Below are positions 31,216 through 42,021 of a stretch of 64,000 nt of DNA, one piece after another. The position numbers and the translations under genes were made by a program. Every line of letters starts with the position of its first letter. Positions within the stretch are counted from its first letter, which is position 1. The DNA comes from Robiginitomaculum sp. (GTDB lineage: Bacteria; Pseudomonadota; Alphaproteobacteria; Caulobacterales; Maricaulaceae): contig WFUF01000002.1 of assembly GCA_015485155.1 (NCBI GenBank), positions 69,735 to 133,734 on the forward strand, in the 5' to 3' direction. Below the pieces are notes generated by a model that saw nothing but the letters and a program-made list of their open reading frames with translations, did no database searches and was not told the origin of the DNA.

Positions 31216-33960
31216 ATGATGAATATTAAAACCACTTTGTTTGCAGCTTTTTCCCTTGCCGCAATATCTGTTAGCTCTTTGGCTCAAATGCCGGATCTGG
31301 ACATAGCATATGACAGCTTCACCCTTGATAATGGCTTGCGTGTTGTAGTTCACGAAGATCGTAAAGCTCCTATTGTTTCGGTTGGGGTCTGGTATCATGT
31401 GGGTTCAAAAAACGAGCCTGAAGGCAAAACCGGCTTTGCCCATTTGTTTGAGCATTTGATGTTTAATGGCTCGGAGAATTATCCGGGCGAGTATTTTGCC
31501 CCGTTTGAAGAAGTAGGTGCCACAGATATGAATGGCACTACCTGGCTGGATCGCACCAATTATTTTGAAACTGTTCCAACTCCGGCGCTCGATATGGCGC
31601 TATGGATGGAGTCCGACCGCATGGGGCATTTATTGGGTGTGGTTGATCAGGAGGTGCTGGATGAGCAGCGTGGAGTTGTACAAAATGAAAAGCGCCAAGG
31701 CGACAACAGGCCTTATGGCATGGCACAATATCGGTTGCAGGCCGGGGTTTTTCCCAAGGGGCACCCCTATAATCACAGTACTATTGGCTCGATGGAAGAC
31801 CTGAACGCCGCCAGCCTTGATGATGTCAAAAACTGGTTCAATCAGTATTATGGCGCTGCCAATACGGTTTTGGTGCTGGCTGGTGATATTGATGTAGATA
31901 CTGCAAGACAAAAGGTCAGCAAATATTTTGGTGATATTGCTGCCGGGCCAAACCTGCACCGGTTTAAGGCATGGGTGCCAACAAAAGTCGAAAATGTATT
32001 TGAAGAAATAACCGATAATGTACCACAGGGGCGCATTTATCGCCAATGGGCGGTTCCCGGGCGTACCACCAAGGATGCAGCCATGCTGGAGCTGGCAGCA
32101 GATATTCTTGGTTCCGGGAAAAATTCCAGATTTTACAGGGAGCTGGTTTACAAACGTCAAATTGCCACACAGGTGAGCGTTTATGTGGAGCAGCACGAAT
32201 TGGCTAGTATTTTTTCCGTTGAAGTTACGGCAAAACCCGGCGGTGATTTGGCGGAAATCTCTAATGCCATTGACGAGATCATGGCAAATTTTTATGCCAA
32301 GGGCCCAACCAGAGACGAGCTAAAACGGGTTAAAGCCGTAATTAATGCGGCCATGGTGCGCGGGCTGGAGCAGATCGGTGGCTGGAGTGGTAAGGCGGTA
32401 AAACTTGCCGAAAGCATGCTTTATGCCGGAGATCCCGGGTTTTTCAAAACCAGACTTGACTGGATGAACAAAGCCGATACCCGCGCTGTACAATACGCAG
32501 TGCGTGAATGGTTGTCTTATGGCTATTACCAATTGGCAGTAATTCCTGCCGGTGAATATAAAACTATTGCTTCATCGGTGGATCGTTCCGCCGGAATTCC
32601 TGCGGTTGATGGCTTGCCTGACCTGATTTTTCCTAAAATCCAGCAGGCAAACCTGGACAATGGCATGCCGGTTATACTGGCCGAGCGCCATTCGGTGCCG
32701 GTGGTGGAAATTTCCATGCAATTTGATGCTGGATATGGCGCTGATCAAGGGGGTAAGCTGGGGACATCATCTTTTGCCATGGCAATGATGGATGATGGCG
32801 CCGGCAAAATGGATGCATTGAAGTTGAGCGAAACTCTGGAAAGACTTGGTGCTGACCTAAGTACCGATTCAGGCCTTGATACGTCTAGCATTTCGCTATC
32901 GGCGCTAAAGAAAAACTTAATCCCTTCGTTAGAGATCATGGCTGATGTATTACTGAATCCACGGTTTGCCGAGCAGGATATTGAGCGATTGCGCAAACGC
33001 TGGATTGCCGGCATTGCCAGTGAAAAGTCACAGCCTGTGCAACTGGCTTTGCGGCTATTGCCACCGGTTTTATATGGCAAGGATCATGCTTATGGCGTTC
33101 CCTTTACCGGTTCGGGCACTGTGGCTTCGATCAATAGTTTAACCCGTGATGACCTGGTGAATTTTCATCAAAAATGGTTGCGCCCGGATAATGGTGTCTT
33201 GTTTGTGGTTGGCGATACCACTATGGACGAAATCCTGCCACAGCTAAACAAGGCCTTTGGCACATGGAGAGCACCTGATACGGCCAAGCCGGTGAAAAAT
33301 ATATCTGATGTGACCAGACCAGATACTGGTAAGGTGATAATTATTGACAAAAGGGACGCGCCACAAACCCTGATTCTGGCTGGTGATCTGGTTCCTTCTT
33401 CGTCGGATGCAAATTATCTGGCGCTGGAAACCATGAATATGGTTCTTGGCGGCCAATTCACCGCACGGATCAATATGAATTTACGTGAGGATAAAAGCTG
33501 GGCTTATGGTGCCTATACCTTCACCCAGGAAGCCAAAGGCCAGCGCCCATTCATGGTATATGCGCCGGTGCAAACCGACCGCACCGGGGATAGTCTTAAA
33601 GAGTTGATTAAGGAGTTAAACGACATTAAAGGCGAGCGCCCGGCAACTGCTGGCGAAATCGAAAAAGTGGTAAAGAACGCTACTAATGCTTTGCCGGGAC
33701 AGTATGAAACCGCTGATGCAGTGCTGGGGTCGTTAATGGATAGCGAGCGTTTTGGGCGGCCCTTAAATTATCCGACCACCCTAAAAGAGCAATATCAGGC
33801 AATTAATACCGACACTGTGAACGCCCAAAGTGAACAGGTACGCCCCGATGCTCTGGTGTGGATATTGGTTGGTGATTTGACAAAAATCCGCCAGCAGGTC
33901 GAAGCGGTTGGTCTTGGCCCGATCGAAATATGGGACGCTGATGGTAAAAGGGTGGAATAG
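31216..33960 (+). CDS. Secreted two-module M16 (pitrilysin/insulinase) zinc peptidase
   Basis: Signal peptide and inverted zincin HLFEHLMFNGS. At about 915 aa it has a second, inactive M16 half. Confidence 0.88.
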   Translation: MMNIKTTLFAAFSLAAISVSSLAQMPDLDIAYDSFTLDNGLRVVVHEDRKAPIVSVGVWYHVGSKNEPEGKTGFAHLFEHLMFNGSENYPGEYFAPFEEVGATDMNGTTWLDRTNYFETVPTPALDMALWMESDRMGHLLGVVDQEVLDEQRGVVQNEKRQGDNRPYGMAQYRLQAGVFPKGHPYNHSTIGSMEDLNAASLDDVKNWFNQYYGAANTVLVLAGDIDVDTARQKVSKYFGDIAAGPNLHRFKAWVPTKVENVFEEITDNVPQGRIYRQWAVPGRTTKDAAMLELAADILGSGKNSRFYRELVYKRQIATQVSVYVEQHELASIFSVEVTAKPGGDLAEISNAIDEIMANFYAKGPTRDELKRVKAVINAAMVRGLEQIGGWSGKAVKLAESMLYAGDPGFFKTRLDWMNKADTRAVQYAVREWLSYGYYQLAVIPAGEYKTIASSVDRSAGIPAVDGLPDLIFPKIQQANLDNGMPVILAERHSVPVVEISMQFDAGYGADQGGKLGTSSFAMAMMDDGAGKMDALKLSETLERLGADLSTDSGLDTSSISLSALKKNLIPSLEIMADVLLNPRFAEQDIERLRKRWIAGIASEKSQPVQLALRLLPPVLYGKDHAYGVPFTGSGTVASINSLTRDDLVNFHQKWLRPDNGVLFVVGDTTMDEILPQLNKAFGTWRAPDTAKPVKNISDVTRPDTGKVIIIDKRDAPQTLILAGDLVPSSSDANYLALETMNMVLGGQFTARINMNLREDKSWAYGAYTFTQEAKGQRPFMVYAPVQTDRTGDSLKELIKELNDIKGERPATAGEIEKVVKNATNALPGQYETADAVLGSLMDSERFGRPLNYPTTLKEQYQAINTDTVNAQSEQVRPDALVWILVGDLTKIRQQVEAVGLGPIEIWDADGKRVE

Positions 33961-34032
33961 GGTAAAGGTTGTTTTTCTTTAGCCTGCATCTTATAAGAGT
34001 TGCGTTGTTTTTGTCGCGACGTGAGGTGTTTT

Positions 34033-35052
34033 ATGCGGTTGTCCGTCAAGCTCTTGCTGATTTTGGTATTATTGGGCTCTATTGCAAATAGCTCAATTGC
34101 TCAAACTTCATCATTCTCACCCCCAGGAGGCTTGCAAAGAGCCCTGAGCAAGCAATTAGAATCAAACATAGCTAATGGGAGATGGGATCTTGCGCAACAA
34201 ACCATCGAAATAATTGAGGAGATAGGTAAACCAGCGCCTGCAAGTTCTTTGTATGATGTGGGTAAAGGCTTGTTGGAACAAAAACAGATGGCCGGGGCAT
34301 TAAGTTTTCTTGGCTATTATCTTTCGCAGGCTAAACCCTCCGATGAAAATTACCAAATGGCGCGCTCTGGCTGGCAACAAGCCAAACAGAACCTGCCCAT
34401 TTATTGTCAGGAGAACAGTGATTTATGCGCACGATATGCCACTAAAATCTGGTTAAGAAACAAGGATAAGGAGAGTTTATCTTCATCCGCTTTATTATTT
34501 GGTTATAGCTGTGATAATGGCTCGCTATATGGCTGTTACAATTTAGCCAGCATGTATGCAGCGGGCACAGGAATAACAAGAAATGATGCCAAAGCTGTTG
34601 TTTTGCATACTAAAGCTTGCGCTGGTGATTATACCAAAGCATGTGAAAAACTTGGCGAGATTTATCAACTTGGTAAAGGTGTGGATATCGATCTTGAAAC
34701 GGCAATTGGATTTTATCAAAAAGACTGCCGTCTTAAAAAAGCTGGTGGATGTGCGCAATTAAAATCTTTGGGCGTAAAATACAGCCATGAAGCTCGGCCA
34801 ATCAGCCGTTATCCACCCTTATATCCTCCAAGAGCCTTTTCCAAAGGTTTACAGGGAAAATGCAAACTTACCTATGATGTCAGTGCAAAAGGCAGGGTTC
34901 AAAATGTAAAAGTTGATTGCACAAACCGCATTTTTAACCGGGCAGCTTTAGCATCGATCAGAAAATGGAAATATGAACCACAAATCATAGATGGCGTTGC
35001 CGTCATGTCCAAAGGACTAACCACATCTATTACCTTTAACTTGGCCGAATAA
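34033..35052 (+). CDS. Sel1-repeat protein fused to a TonB C-terminal domain
   Basis: Signal/anchor MRLSVKLLLILVLLGSIANSSIAQ. Sel1 repeats (GSLYGCYNLASMYAAGTG, ACEKLGEIYQLGKG). C-terminal TonB_C-like domain (PPLYPPRAFSKGLQGKCKLTYDVSAKGRVQNVKV...ALASIRKWKYEP). Confidence 0.7.
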   Translation: MRLSVKLLLILVLLGSIANSSIAQTSSFSPPGGLQRALSKQLESNIANGRWDLAQQTIEIIEEIGKPAPASSLYDVGKGLLEQKQMAGALSFLGYYLSQAKPSDENYQMARSGWQQAKQNLPIYCQENSDLCARYATKIWLRNKDKESLSSSALLFGYSCDNGSLYGCYNLASMYAAGTGITRNDAKAVVLHTKACAGDYTKACEKLGEIYQLGKGVDIDLETAIGFYQKDCRLKKAGGCAQLKSLGVKYSHEARPISRYPPLYPPRAFSKGLQGKCKLTYDVSAKGRVQNVKVDCTNRIFNRAALASIRKWKYEPQIIDGVAVMSKGLTTSITFNLAE

Positions 35053-35088
35053 GTTAGCAGATGCGCTACCCCCGGTTTAGCAATTGAC

Positions 35089-36381
<1,293 letters not shown>

Positions 36382-36531
36382 TCAAGTGCTGATGGACGAC
36401 ACTTACAGCAGATTTTGAACACAATTGCCAAGGTTTTGCCACATCTGCCGCAAAAATACCTTGGCTTGGTCGCGCTTAAGGCACTTGCCCTTGCTTCTAA
36501 TTGCCCCACACCAACAAAAGGGGACGTTGAG

Positions 36532-38613
36532 ATGCAAATAATCACCATTCACAGATTACGCAAATTTAGCCTATTACTTGGGCTTACCTTGCTCAGTTTT
36601 TGGTTATTTTCCTGCTCGGCTCGCGCGGAAACAGCCACCATGACATTGGATGAAGCCAAATCGGGAAGCTTATTGTTTCGCACCGATCAACCGGGTCAAT
36701 ATATACCAGCTCCAGCTTTGGCAACAGATGTGCAAATCAAAGTCACTGGGCCGATTATTCGCACCCGCCTCACCCAAAAGTTTATCAATAATTCCGCGCA
36801 AACAGTTGAGGGGATTTATCTGTTTCCTCTGCCGCAAGATGCTGCGGTTGATCGTTTGGTGATGATAATAGGAGGCCGGGTGATAGAGGGCAAAATCCAA
36901 GAAAAACGTCAAGCCCGAAAAACTTACGACACTGCCAAAGAGGCCGGAAGAAAAGCATCACTTGTCGAGCAAATACGCCCAAACATGTTCACCAATTCGG
37001 TGGCCAATATCGGCCCCAAAGAAACCATTACCGTCCAAATCGAATATCAGGGTACTGCAAAGCTACGCGATGGACGGTATTCCTTGCATTTCCCTTTGAT
37101 AGTAGCACCGCGTTTTAACCCCAATGCCGAACAATCCCCCACATTTGAAAATCAAGTACCCAGAATAACCGATCCGGCGCAAATACCAAAGGGTGTTCGT
37201 TTACAGGTTCAATTAACCGCCGGCTTTGACTTGGACGACATTAATAGCCCCAGCCATAAAATCAGCATTTCTGGGGATCGCCAAAAATCCATCACTATTG
37301 ACGGCCCGGTTCCAGCGGATCGGGACTTTATCCTAAACTGGATACCCAAAGTCCAAAGCAAACCAGCCGCGCAGCTGTTTACCGAACAGAAAAATGGATC
37401 AACTTATCTGCTGGGTTTAATTCAAGCTCCAACCGGGATGGGGGAACAAACATTCAATCTGCCCCGAGAAGCAGTATTTGTGATCGATAATTCTGGCTCC
37501 ATGGCTGGCAAATCCATACGCCAAGCTCGCACCGCTTTGTTGCTGGCCTTAGATGGTTTGCGTGCAAGTGATCGTTTTAATGTCATCGCCTTTGAGAATG
37601 TTACCGATAAACTGTTCACACAAAGTGTGGTCGCAAACCGTGAGAACTTGGCCACAGCCAAGCGGTTCGTCTCGCGCTTAAATGGAGATGGCGGAACAGT
37701 GATGCTTCCGGCTCTACGTGCTGCATTTCGCACCACGGCCCCCGCGCGCGAAAACCAGGTGCGGCAAGTAATCTTCATCACAGATGGCCAGATCAGCAAT
37801 GAAGGTGAATTATTTGCAGAAATCAGACGTGAGTTAGGCCAAAGCCGTTTGTTCATGATCGGAATAGGCGCCGCCCCCAACCGTTATTTTTTGAGCCGTG
37901 CTGCCAGATTAGGTCGCGGTACCAACGTCACTATATCAGACATCAATCAAGTAGAGCAAAAAATGACCGAAATGCTGATGAAATTAGAGCGCCCGGTCAT
38001 GCAAAACCTGACTGTCTCGTTTCCCGGAGCCACCCAGCCAATTATCTGGCCCAATCCATTGCCTGATCTTTATGCCAATGACCCAGTGGTCATAGTGGCA
38101 AAAATTGATGAAGCACCACAGAACCTACTTGTATCTGGACAATTCTCCCATGCCAAATGGCAGGCTAACCTTGATTTATCCTCAGCAAATTCTGGAACTG
38201 GCATATCACAACTATGGGCGAGGGCAAAAATTGCTAGCCTCGAGGAAAGTCGGTTTGATGGCATTCATCCAAGCCATATTGATGCCCAAATTTTACAAAC
38301 TGCTTTGGCCCATCACCTGGTAAGCAGAGTGACCTCATTAGTGGCGGTTGATGTCACCCCGCAAAAAATGTTTGAGGCTGAGGCTGTCACACAAGTTTTG
38401 CCCCTTGCTTTGCCCGATGGCTGGAGCCCGTTGAAAGTAAAACCCCGAACCACTTCCATAACCCCGCCATCGCTCAATCCGGTGAATGATACCGGCATAA
38501 CCCTGCCGGCCACGGCCAGCCCCCATGAAATAAAATTGATACTTGGACTTTTAAGCTTGGCGCTGGCATTGGCACTTTTTGGACGCTGGTTACCCGCAAG
38601 GTCAAAGTCATGA
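36532..38613 (+). CDS. Marine-proteobacterial sortase target protein (VIT + VWA domains, C-terminal sorting signal)
   Basis: Signal peptide, a VIT-like N-terminal region, and a VWA domain with MIDAS motif (VIDNSGSM). The C-terminus has LPATAS, a hydrophobic helix (LILGLLSLALALALF) and a basic tail (RWLPARSKS). Confidence 0.85.
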   Translation: MQIITIHRLRKFSLLLGLTLLSFWLFSCSARAETATMTLDEAKSGSLLFRTDQPGQYIPAPALATDVQIKVTGPIIRTRLTQKFINNSAQTVEGIYLFPLPQDAAVDRLVMIIGGRVIEGKIQEKRQARKTYDTAKEAGRKASLVEQIRPNMFTNSVANIGPKETITVQIEYQGTAKLRDGRYSLHFPLIVAPRFNPNAEQSPTFENQVPRITDPAQIPKGVRLQVQLTAGFDLDDINSPSHKISISGDRQKSITIDGPVPADRDFILNWIPKVQSKPAAQLFTEQKNGSTYLLGLIQAPTGMGEQTFNLPREAVFVIDNSGSMAGKSIRQARTALLLALDGLRASDRFNVIAFENVTDKLFTQSVVANRENLATAKRFVSRLNGDGGTVMLPALRAAFRTTAPARENQVRQVIFITDGQISNEGELFAEIRRELGQSRLFMIGIGAAPNRYFLSRAARLGRGTNVTISDINQVEQKMTEMLMKLERPVMQNLTVSFPGATQPIIWPNPLPDLYANDPVVIVAKIDEAPQNLLVSGQFSHAKWQANLDLSSANSGTGISQLWARAKIASLEESRFDGIHPSHIDAQILQTALAHHLVSRVTSLVAVDVTPQKMFEAEAVTQVLPLALPDGWSPLKVKPRTTSITPPSLNPVNDTGITLPATASPHEIKLILGLLSLALALALFGRWLPARSKS

Positions 38614-39206
38614 GCGCCGAACAGGCCTTACACCGTGGTCGGCGCACTCTGGCATTGTTTATAATGCTGGCTGGAATAATTTTACTTTTACAAGGTGGGT
38701 TCACTGTTGCCAAAGCACATTTGTCTCAAACTTTATTGCAACAATCATGGGACAAAACATTGGGCAGTCAAGACAATACACGGCCATGGCCGTGGGCAGA
38801 CACTTGGCCTGTAGCTAAAATTCAAGCCCCGCGTTTAGGCAAAAGCAATATTGTATTAGCTGAAGCCGGCGGGGAGGCTTTAGCTTTCGGCCCATCACTC
38901 CTAAATGCCGGTGGGCGCCCGGGGAAAGCAGAAGATATTTTGATATCTGCTCATAAAAATACCCATTTTTCATGGCTAAAAGATCTAAAATCAGGTGATA
39001 CGCTTACCTTACAAGACCCGACAGGTGATGAAAAAAGCTATCAGGTCACCGGAATGCAGGTGGTGCGATTTGATGCCTCTGGCATTAGTGCCCAGAATAA
39101 AGGGAACCGATTGGCTCTTATCACCTGTTATCCGTTTGATGCCGGATTTGGCGGGCCGTTGCGATACATTGTATGGGCTGAAGCTGTGCCAAGCGCGACA
39201 AGCTAA
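38610..39206 (+). CDS. Gram-negative (marine proteobacterial / class GN) sortase
   Basis: N-terminal TM, His (ISAHKNTHF), the catalytic TLxTC-type motif LALITCYPF, and Arg (PLRYIVWAE). ATGA overlap with the target gene. Confidence 0.85.
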   Translation: MSAEQALHRGRRTLALFIMLAGIILLLQGGFTVAKAHLSQTLLQQSWDKTLGSQDNTRPWPWADTWPVAKIQAPRLGKSNIVLAEAGGEALAFGPSLLNAGGRPGKAEDILISAHKNTHFSWLKDLKSGDTLTLQDPTGDEKSYQVTGMQVVRFDASGISAQNKGNRLALITCYPFDAGFGGPLRYIVWAEAVPSATS

Positions 39207-39331
39207 CAATGCCGATTACAGGCACCGGATTTACGCAAAAACCGGTAATATGAACAGGAGTTAATAGATTAAGCTATGGTCTCCAGATTATTTTGATATT
39301 ACCCTGACCTGCAAATCGGTAATAACAGAAT

Positions 39332-40903
39332 ATGGAGTTTCCTATGTGGGGGGTTATTTATAAAACAGGTCTTGGTTTTATCCTGTCGTGCCTGTTGGCG
39401 TTTTCAGCATATGCACAGGCGAGCAATACCCGGCTTGAGTTTAAGGGCCTGGATGTTAACGCCGAACACATAGCTGTCTTTGTGGGTAAGGATGGTGAAT
39501 TGAGCAAAGCGGTTGCGGACATTAATGCCAAAACTGATGGCCGACTGCAAACCGCACTAAAAGATGCTGAATTTGAAGGAAAATTTGGCAAAAAATTACG
39601 TCTTTATGGTCTGTCTCCATTTAAGTCTGTTATTGTGGTTGGATCCGGTGAAGATGAATTATCGGTGCGCCAGCTTCGTGATCTTGGTGGTTATGTTGCC
39701 CAGGCAAGTTCTAATGATGATTCCCTTGCCATCATTGGCGCCGGCCTTAACACCAGTGTCGCACAAAGCGCAGCCGAGCTTGCCATGGGTTATGCGCTTG
39801 GCTCGTACAGTTTTGATAAGTACAAGGCAAAGGGCAGTGGAGACAGCAAGAAAAAAGCCCGTACCGTCAGCTTTCATACAGAAGAGCCTCAGCTTTCCAA
39901 AGACCTGTTTGTAAATGACCTTAAACACGTTGTGACCGGTGTAGGTTTTGCCCGTGACATGGGAACCGAGCCCGGCAAATCTATTTATCCTGAAAACTAT
40001 GCCCAAAGGGTGCGCAAGCTGTTCAAAGGTGTCGCCAACGTCAAGGTAGAGGTCATGGACCTTGCCCAGATGAAACGCAAAAACATGGGTGCTCTTATGG
40101 GGGTAGGCCAAGGTTCAATTCATGACCCCAGGCTGGTCACCGTTACCTATATGGGCGGAGCAAGTAATGAAGCGCCGATTGCACTGGTAGGAAAAGGCAT
40201 CACTTTTGATAGTGGTGGTATTAGCCTGAAACCAAATACTGGTCAGTGGGCGATGAAGTCTGACCTGTCCGGCGCCGCAGCAGTGGCAGGAACAATTTAT
40301 GCCGTTGCCAAACGCGGTGATAAAGTCAATCTGGTAGGTGTAATGGCCATGGCTGAGAACATGCCGTCGGGCAAGGCAATTCGTCCCGGTGATGTGCTTA
40401 CAACAATGAGCGGGAAAACCATCGAGGTCATGTCAACTGATGCCGAGGGCCGTCTGGTCTTATCTGATGCCATGACCTATGTACAAGAAGAATACGACCC
40501 ACGCTTGCTCATTGACATTGCGACTCTTACCGGGTCAGCAGCACGGGCAATGGGCGAGGATTATGCCGCCGTTATCACTCCGGACTGGGATTTGACCCAA
40601 GAGATGATGCGCATCGGCAAAGCCGTTGGTGAAGATGTCTGGCCATTGCCCTTAAACAAAAACCATTACAAGGCCATTGCCTCTGATATTGCTGATATCA
40701 AGAGCACCGCCGGCAGGCCAGGTGCCAGTATTGGCGCGGCGGTCATTGGCACATTTGTCGATGAAGATCGCAAATGGGTGCATCTGGATATTGCGGGCGT
40801 TGACTGGCTGGATAAAGCCACGCCAACCACGCCAAAGGGTCATGCCGGATGGGGTGTAAGATTTCTTGACGCTGTAGTTCGCGAAAACCAACAGGCAGAG
40901 TAA
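39332..40903 (+). CDS. pepA: M17 leucyl aminopeptidase with apparent signal peptide
   Basis: VGKGITFDSGGISLKP and STDAEGRLVLSDA (the NTDAEGRL box). The N-terminus GLGFILSCLLAFSAYAQA looks like a Sec signal. Confidence 0.9.
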   Translation: MEFPMWGVIYKTGLGFILSCLLAFSAYAQASNTRLEFKGLDVNAEHIAVFVGKDGELSKAVADINAKTDGRLQTALKDAEFEGKFGKKLRLYGLSPFKSVIVVGSGEDELSVRQLRDLGGYVAQASSNDDSLAIIGAGLNTSVAQSAAELAMGYALGSYSFDKYKAKGSGDSKKKARTVSFHTEEPQLSKDLFVNDLKHVVTGVGFARDMGTEPGKSIYPENYAQRVRKLFKGVANVKVEVMDLAQMKRKNMGALMGVGQGSIHDPRLVTVTYMGGASNEAPIALVGKGITFDSGGISLKPNTGQWAMKSDLSGAAAVAGTIYAVAKRGDKVNLVGVMAMAENMPSGKAIRPGDVLTTMSGKTIEVMSTDAEGRLVLSDAMTYVQEEYDPRLLIDIATLTGSAARAMGEDYAAVITPDWDLTQEMMRIGKAVGEDVWPLPLNKNHYKAIASDIADIKSTAGRPGASIGAAVIGTFVDEDRKWVHLDIAGVDWLDKATPTTPKGHAGWGVRFLDAVVRENQQAE

Positions 40904-40932
40904 GTGCTGCGCGAAAAGCTGTGCATTACTAT

Positions 40933-40957
40933 CCGTCATCAACTGAGTTGATGACGG
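40933..40957 (+). terminator. Perfect 11-bp hairpin downstream of pepA (possible terminator)
   Basis: CCGTCATCAAC-TGA-GTTGATGACGG sits 30 nt after the pepA stop. No clean U-tract follows, so this is weakly supported. Confidence 0.35.
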
Positions 40958-41089
40958 GGCTTGAGGAGCCGTTTTCCCCTCTTACTTGAAAATAATCTGT
41001 AAGCAGTCTTGAAGGGTGAGAAAACCATGCGGACGCGAGTTCAGGCTCATTCCTGTGCGGGTGTTCCATTTGCCTAATATAGCGGATTT

Positions 41090-41377
41090 CTACAAATGTT
41101 TGTTCAGATCCTGGCGGCCAAGAATTCGGATGATATCAACTGTTTGCTCGTTTACTTGATAGTAAATTATGTCACTACCACAGGGACAGCTTCTATATTC
41201 TCGATCAAGATTTTCTACGATTGAAAACAAGTACGGCTGCTCGGCTATAATATAAAATTGATCAAGAAAATTGTAATGATATTTATCCGCTTGGATTTCG
41301 CCATATTTGGTAACCTCCCAATGATAAATACGCCACAAATCATCTTCGGCTTGTGGCGTAAGCCTATATTTTCGCAT
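41090..41377 (-). CDS. parE: Type II toxin, ParE/RelE family
   Basis: 95 aa, MRKYRLTPQAEDDLWRIYHW..., the typical ParE N-terminus. It overlaps the upstream antitoxin gene by 14 nt. Confidence 0.85.
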   Translation of the reverse strand: MRKYRLTPQAEDDLWRIYHWEVTKYGEIQADKYHYNFLDQFYIIAEQPYLFSIVENLDREYRSCPCGSDIIYYQVNEQTVDIIRILGRQDLNKHL

Positions 41378-41615
41378 CCTGCTTTAATCTGGTTTTGAAT
41401 TTAACCAACAAATCCTTTGGATCAGTTTCGGAAATTCCGCTCTCAACACCTTTGCTAAGTAATGCTTGCAAGTTTGAAATAGTATTTTCACGCTGTCTAA
41501 CCTGACGTAAAACAGAATTTACAACATCGCTATGGCTCTTGAATTCTTTACTGGCGACTTGTTCTTCAATCCAGCTCTGGTTCGGCTCTGTAAATGAAAT
41601 TGTCGTGCGAGGCAT
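41364..41615 (-). CDS. parD: Type II antitoxin, ParD/CopG ribbon-helix-helix family
   Basis: 83 aa, MPRTTISFTEPNQSWIEEQV...SDVVNSVLRQ (RHH fold pattern). Located upstream of parE. Confidence 0.8.
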   Translation of the reverse strand: MPRTTISFTEPNQSWIEEQVASKEFKSHSDVVNSVLRQVRQRENTISNLQALLSKGVESGISETDPKDLLVKFKTRLKQDAKI

Positions 41616-41641
41616 TTTACCATCCTGTGCGAAGTTCGTCG

Positions 41642-41669
41642 TGATGCATTATTGCTACATTTTGCATCA
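41642..41669 (-). promoter_or_regulatory. Candidate parDE operator (7-bp inverted repeat)
   Basis: TGATGCA-N14-TGCATCA lies 27-54 nt upstream of the parD ATG. RHH antitoxins usually autoregulate through such palindromes. Confidence 0.3.
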
Positions 41670-41716
41670 TTAGTCCAGTTTTCCTTATATCTGCAAACGA
41701 AAAAGGGCCACCTATC

Positions 41717-42007
41717 TCAAACGCCCGCCATTGGTTGAACGGTTTTTTGTAATTCAGCAAGGCGGTCACGTTTGGCAATGCGTAGTTCATAGTCTTTTTG
41801 CAGGTTTAGCCAAAACCCGTTGCTCATGCCAAAGAACAAACTAAAGCGTAACGCCATATCCGCAGAGATAGCTCGCTTGCCGTCTATGATTTTTTTGATG
41901 GCGGCACGATCAACGCCAATGGCCTTGGCAAATGCTCCGGGTTTAATGCCCAGATCGTCCAAGAAATCTTGCTTTAGCATTATGCCGGGGTGTTCAATTT
42001 CAATCAT
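41717..42007 (-). CDS. higA: HigA-family antitoxin (XRE helix-turn-helix)
   Basis: HPGIMLKQDFLDDLGI..GAFAKAIGVDRAAIKKIIDGKRAISADMALRF is the characteristic HigA/VapI sequence. AGGAG RBS. Confidence 0.85.
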   Translation of the reverse strand: MIEIEHPGIMLKQDFLDDLGIKPGAFAKAIGVDRAAIKKIIDGKRAISADMALRFSLFFGMSNGFWLNLQKDYELRIAKRDRLAELQKTVQPMAGV

Positions 42008-42021
42008 CTCATTACTCCTGT

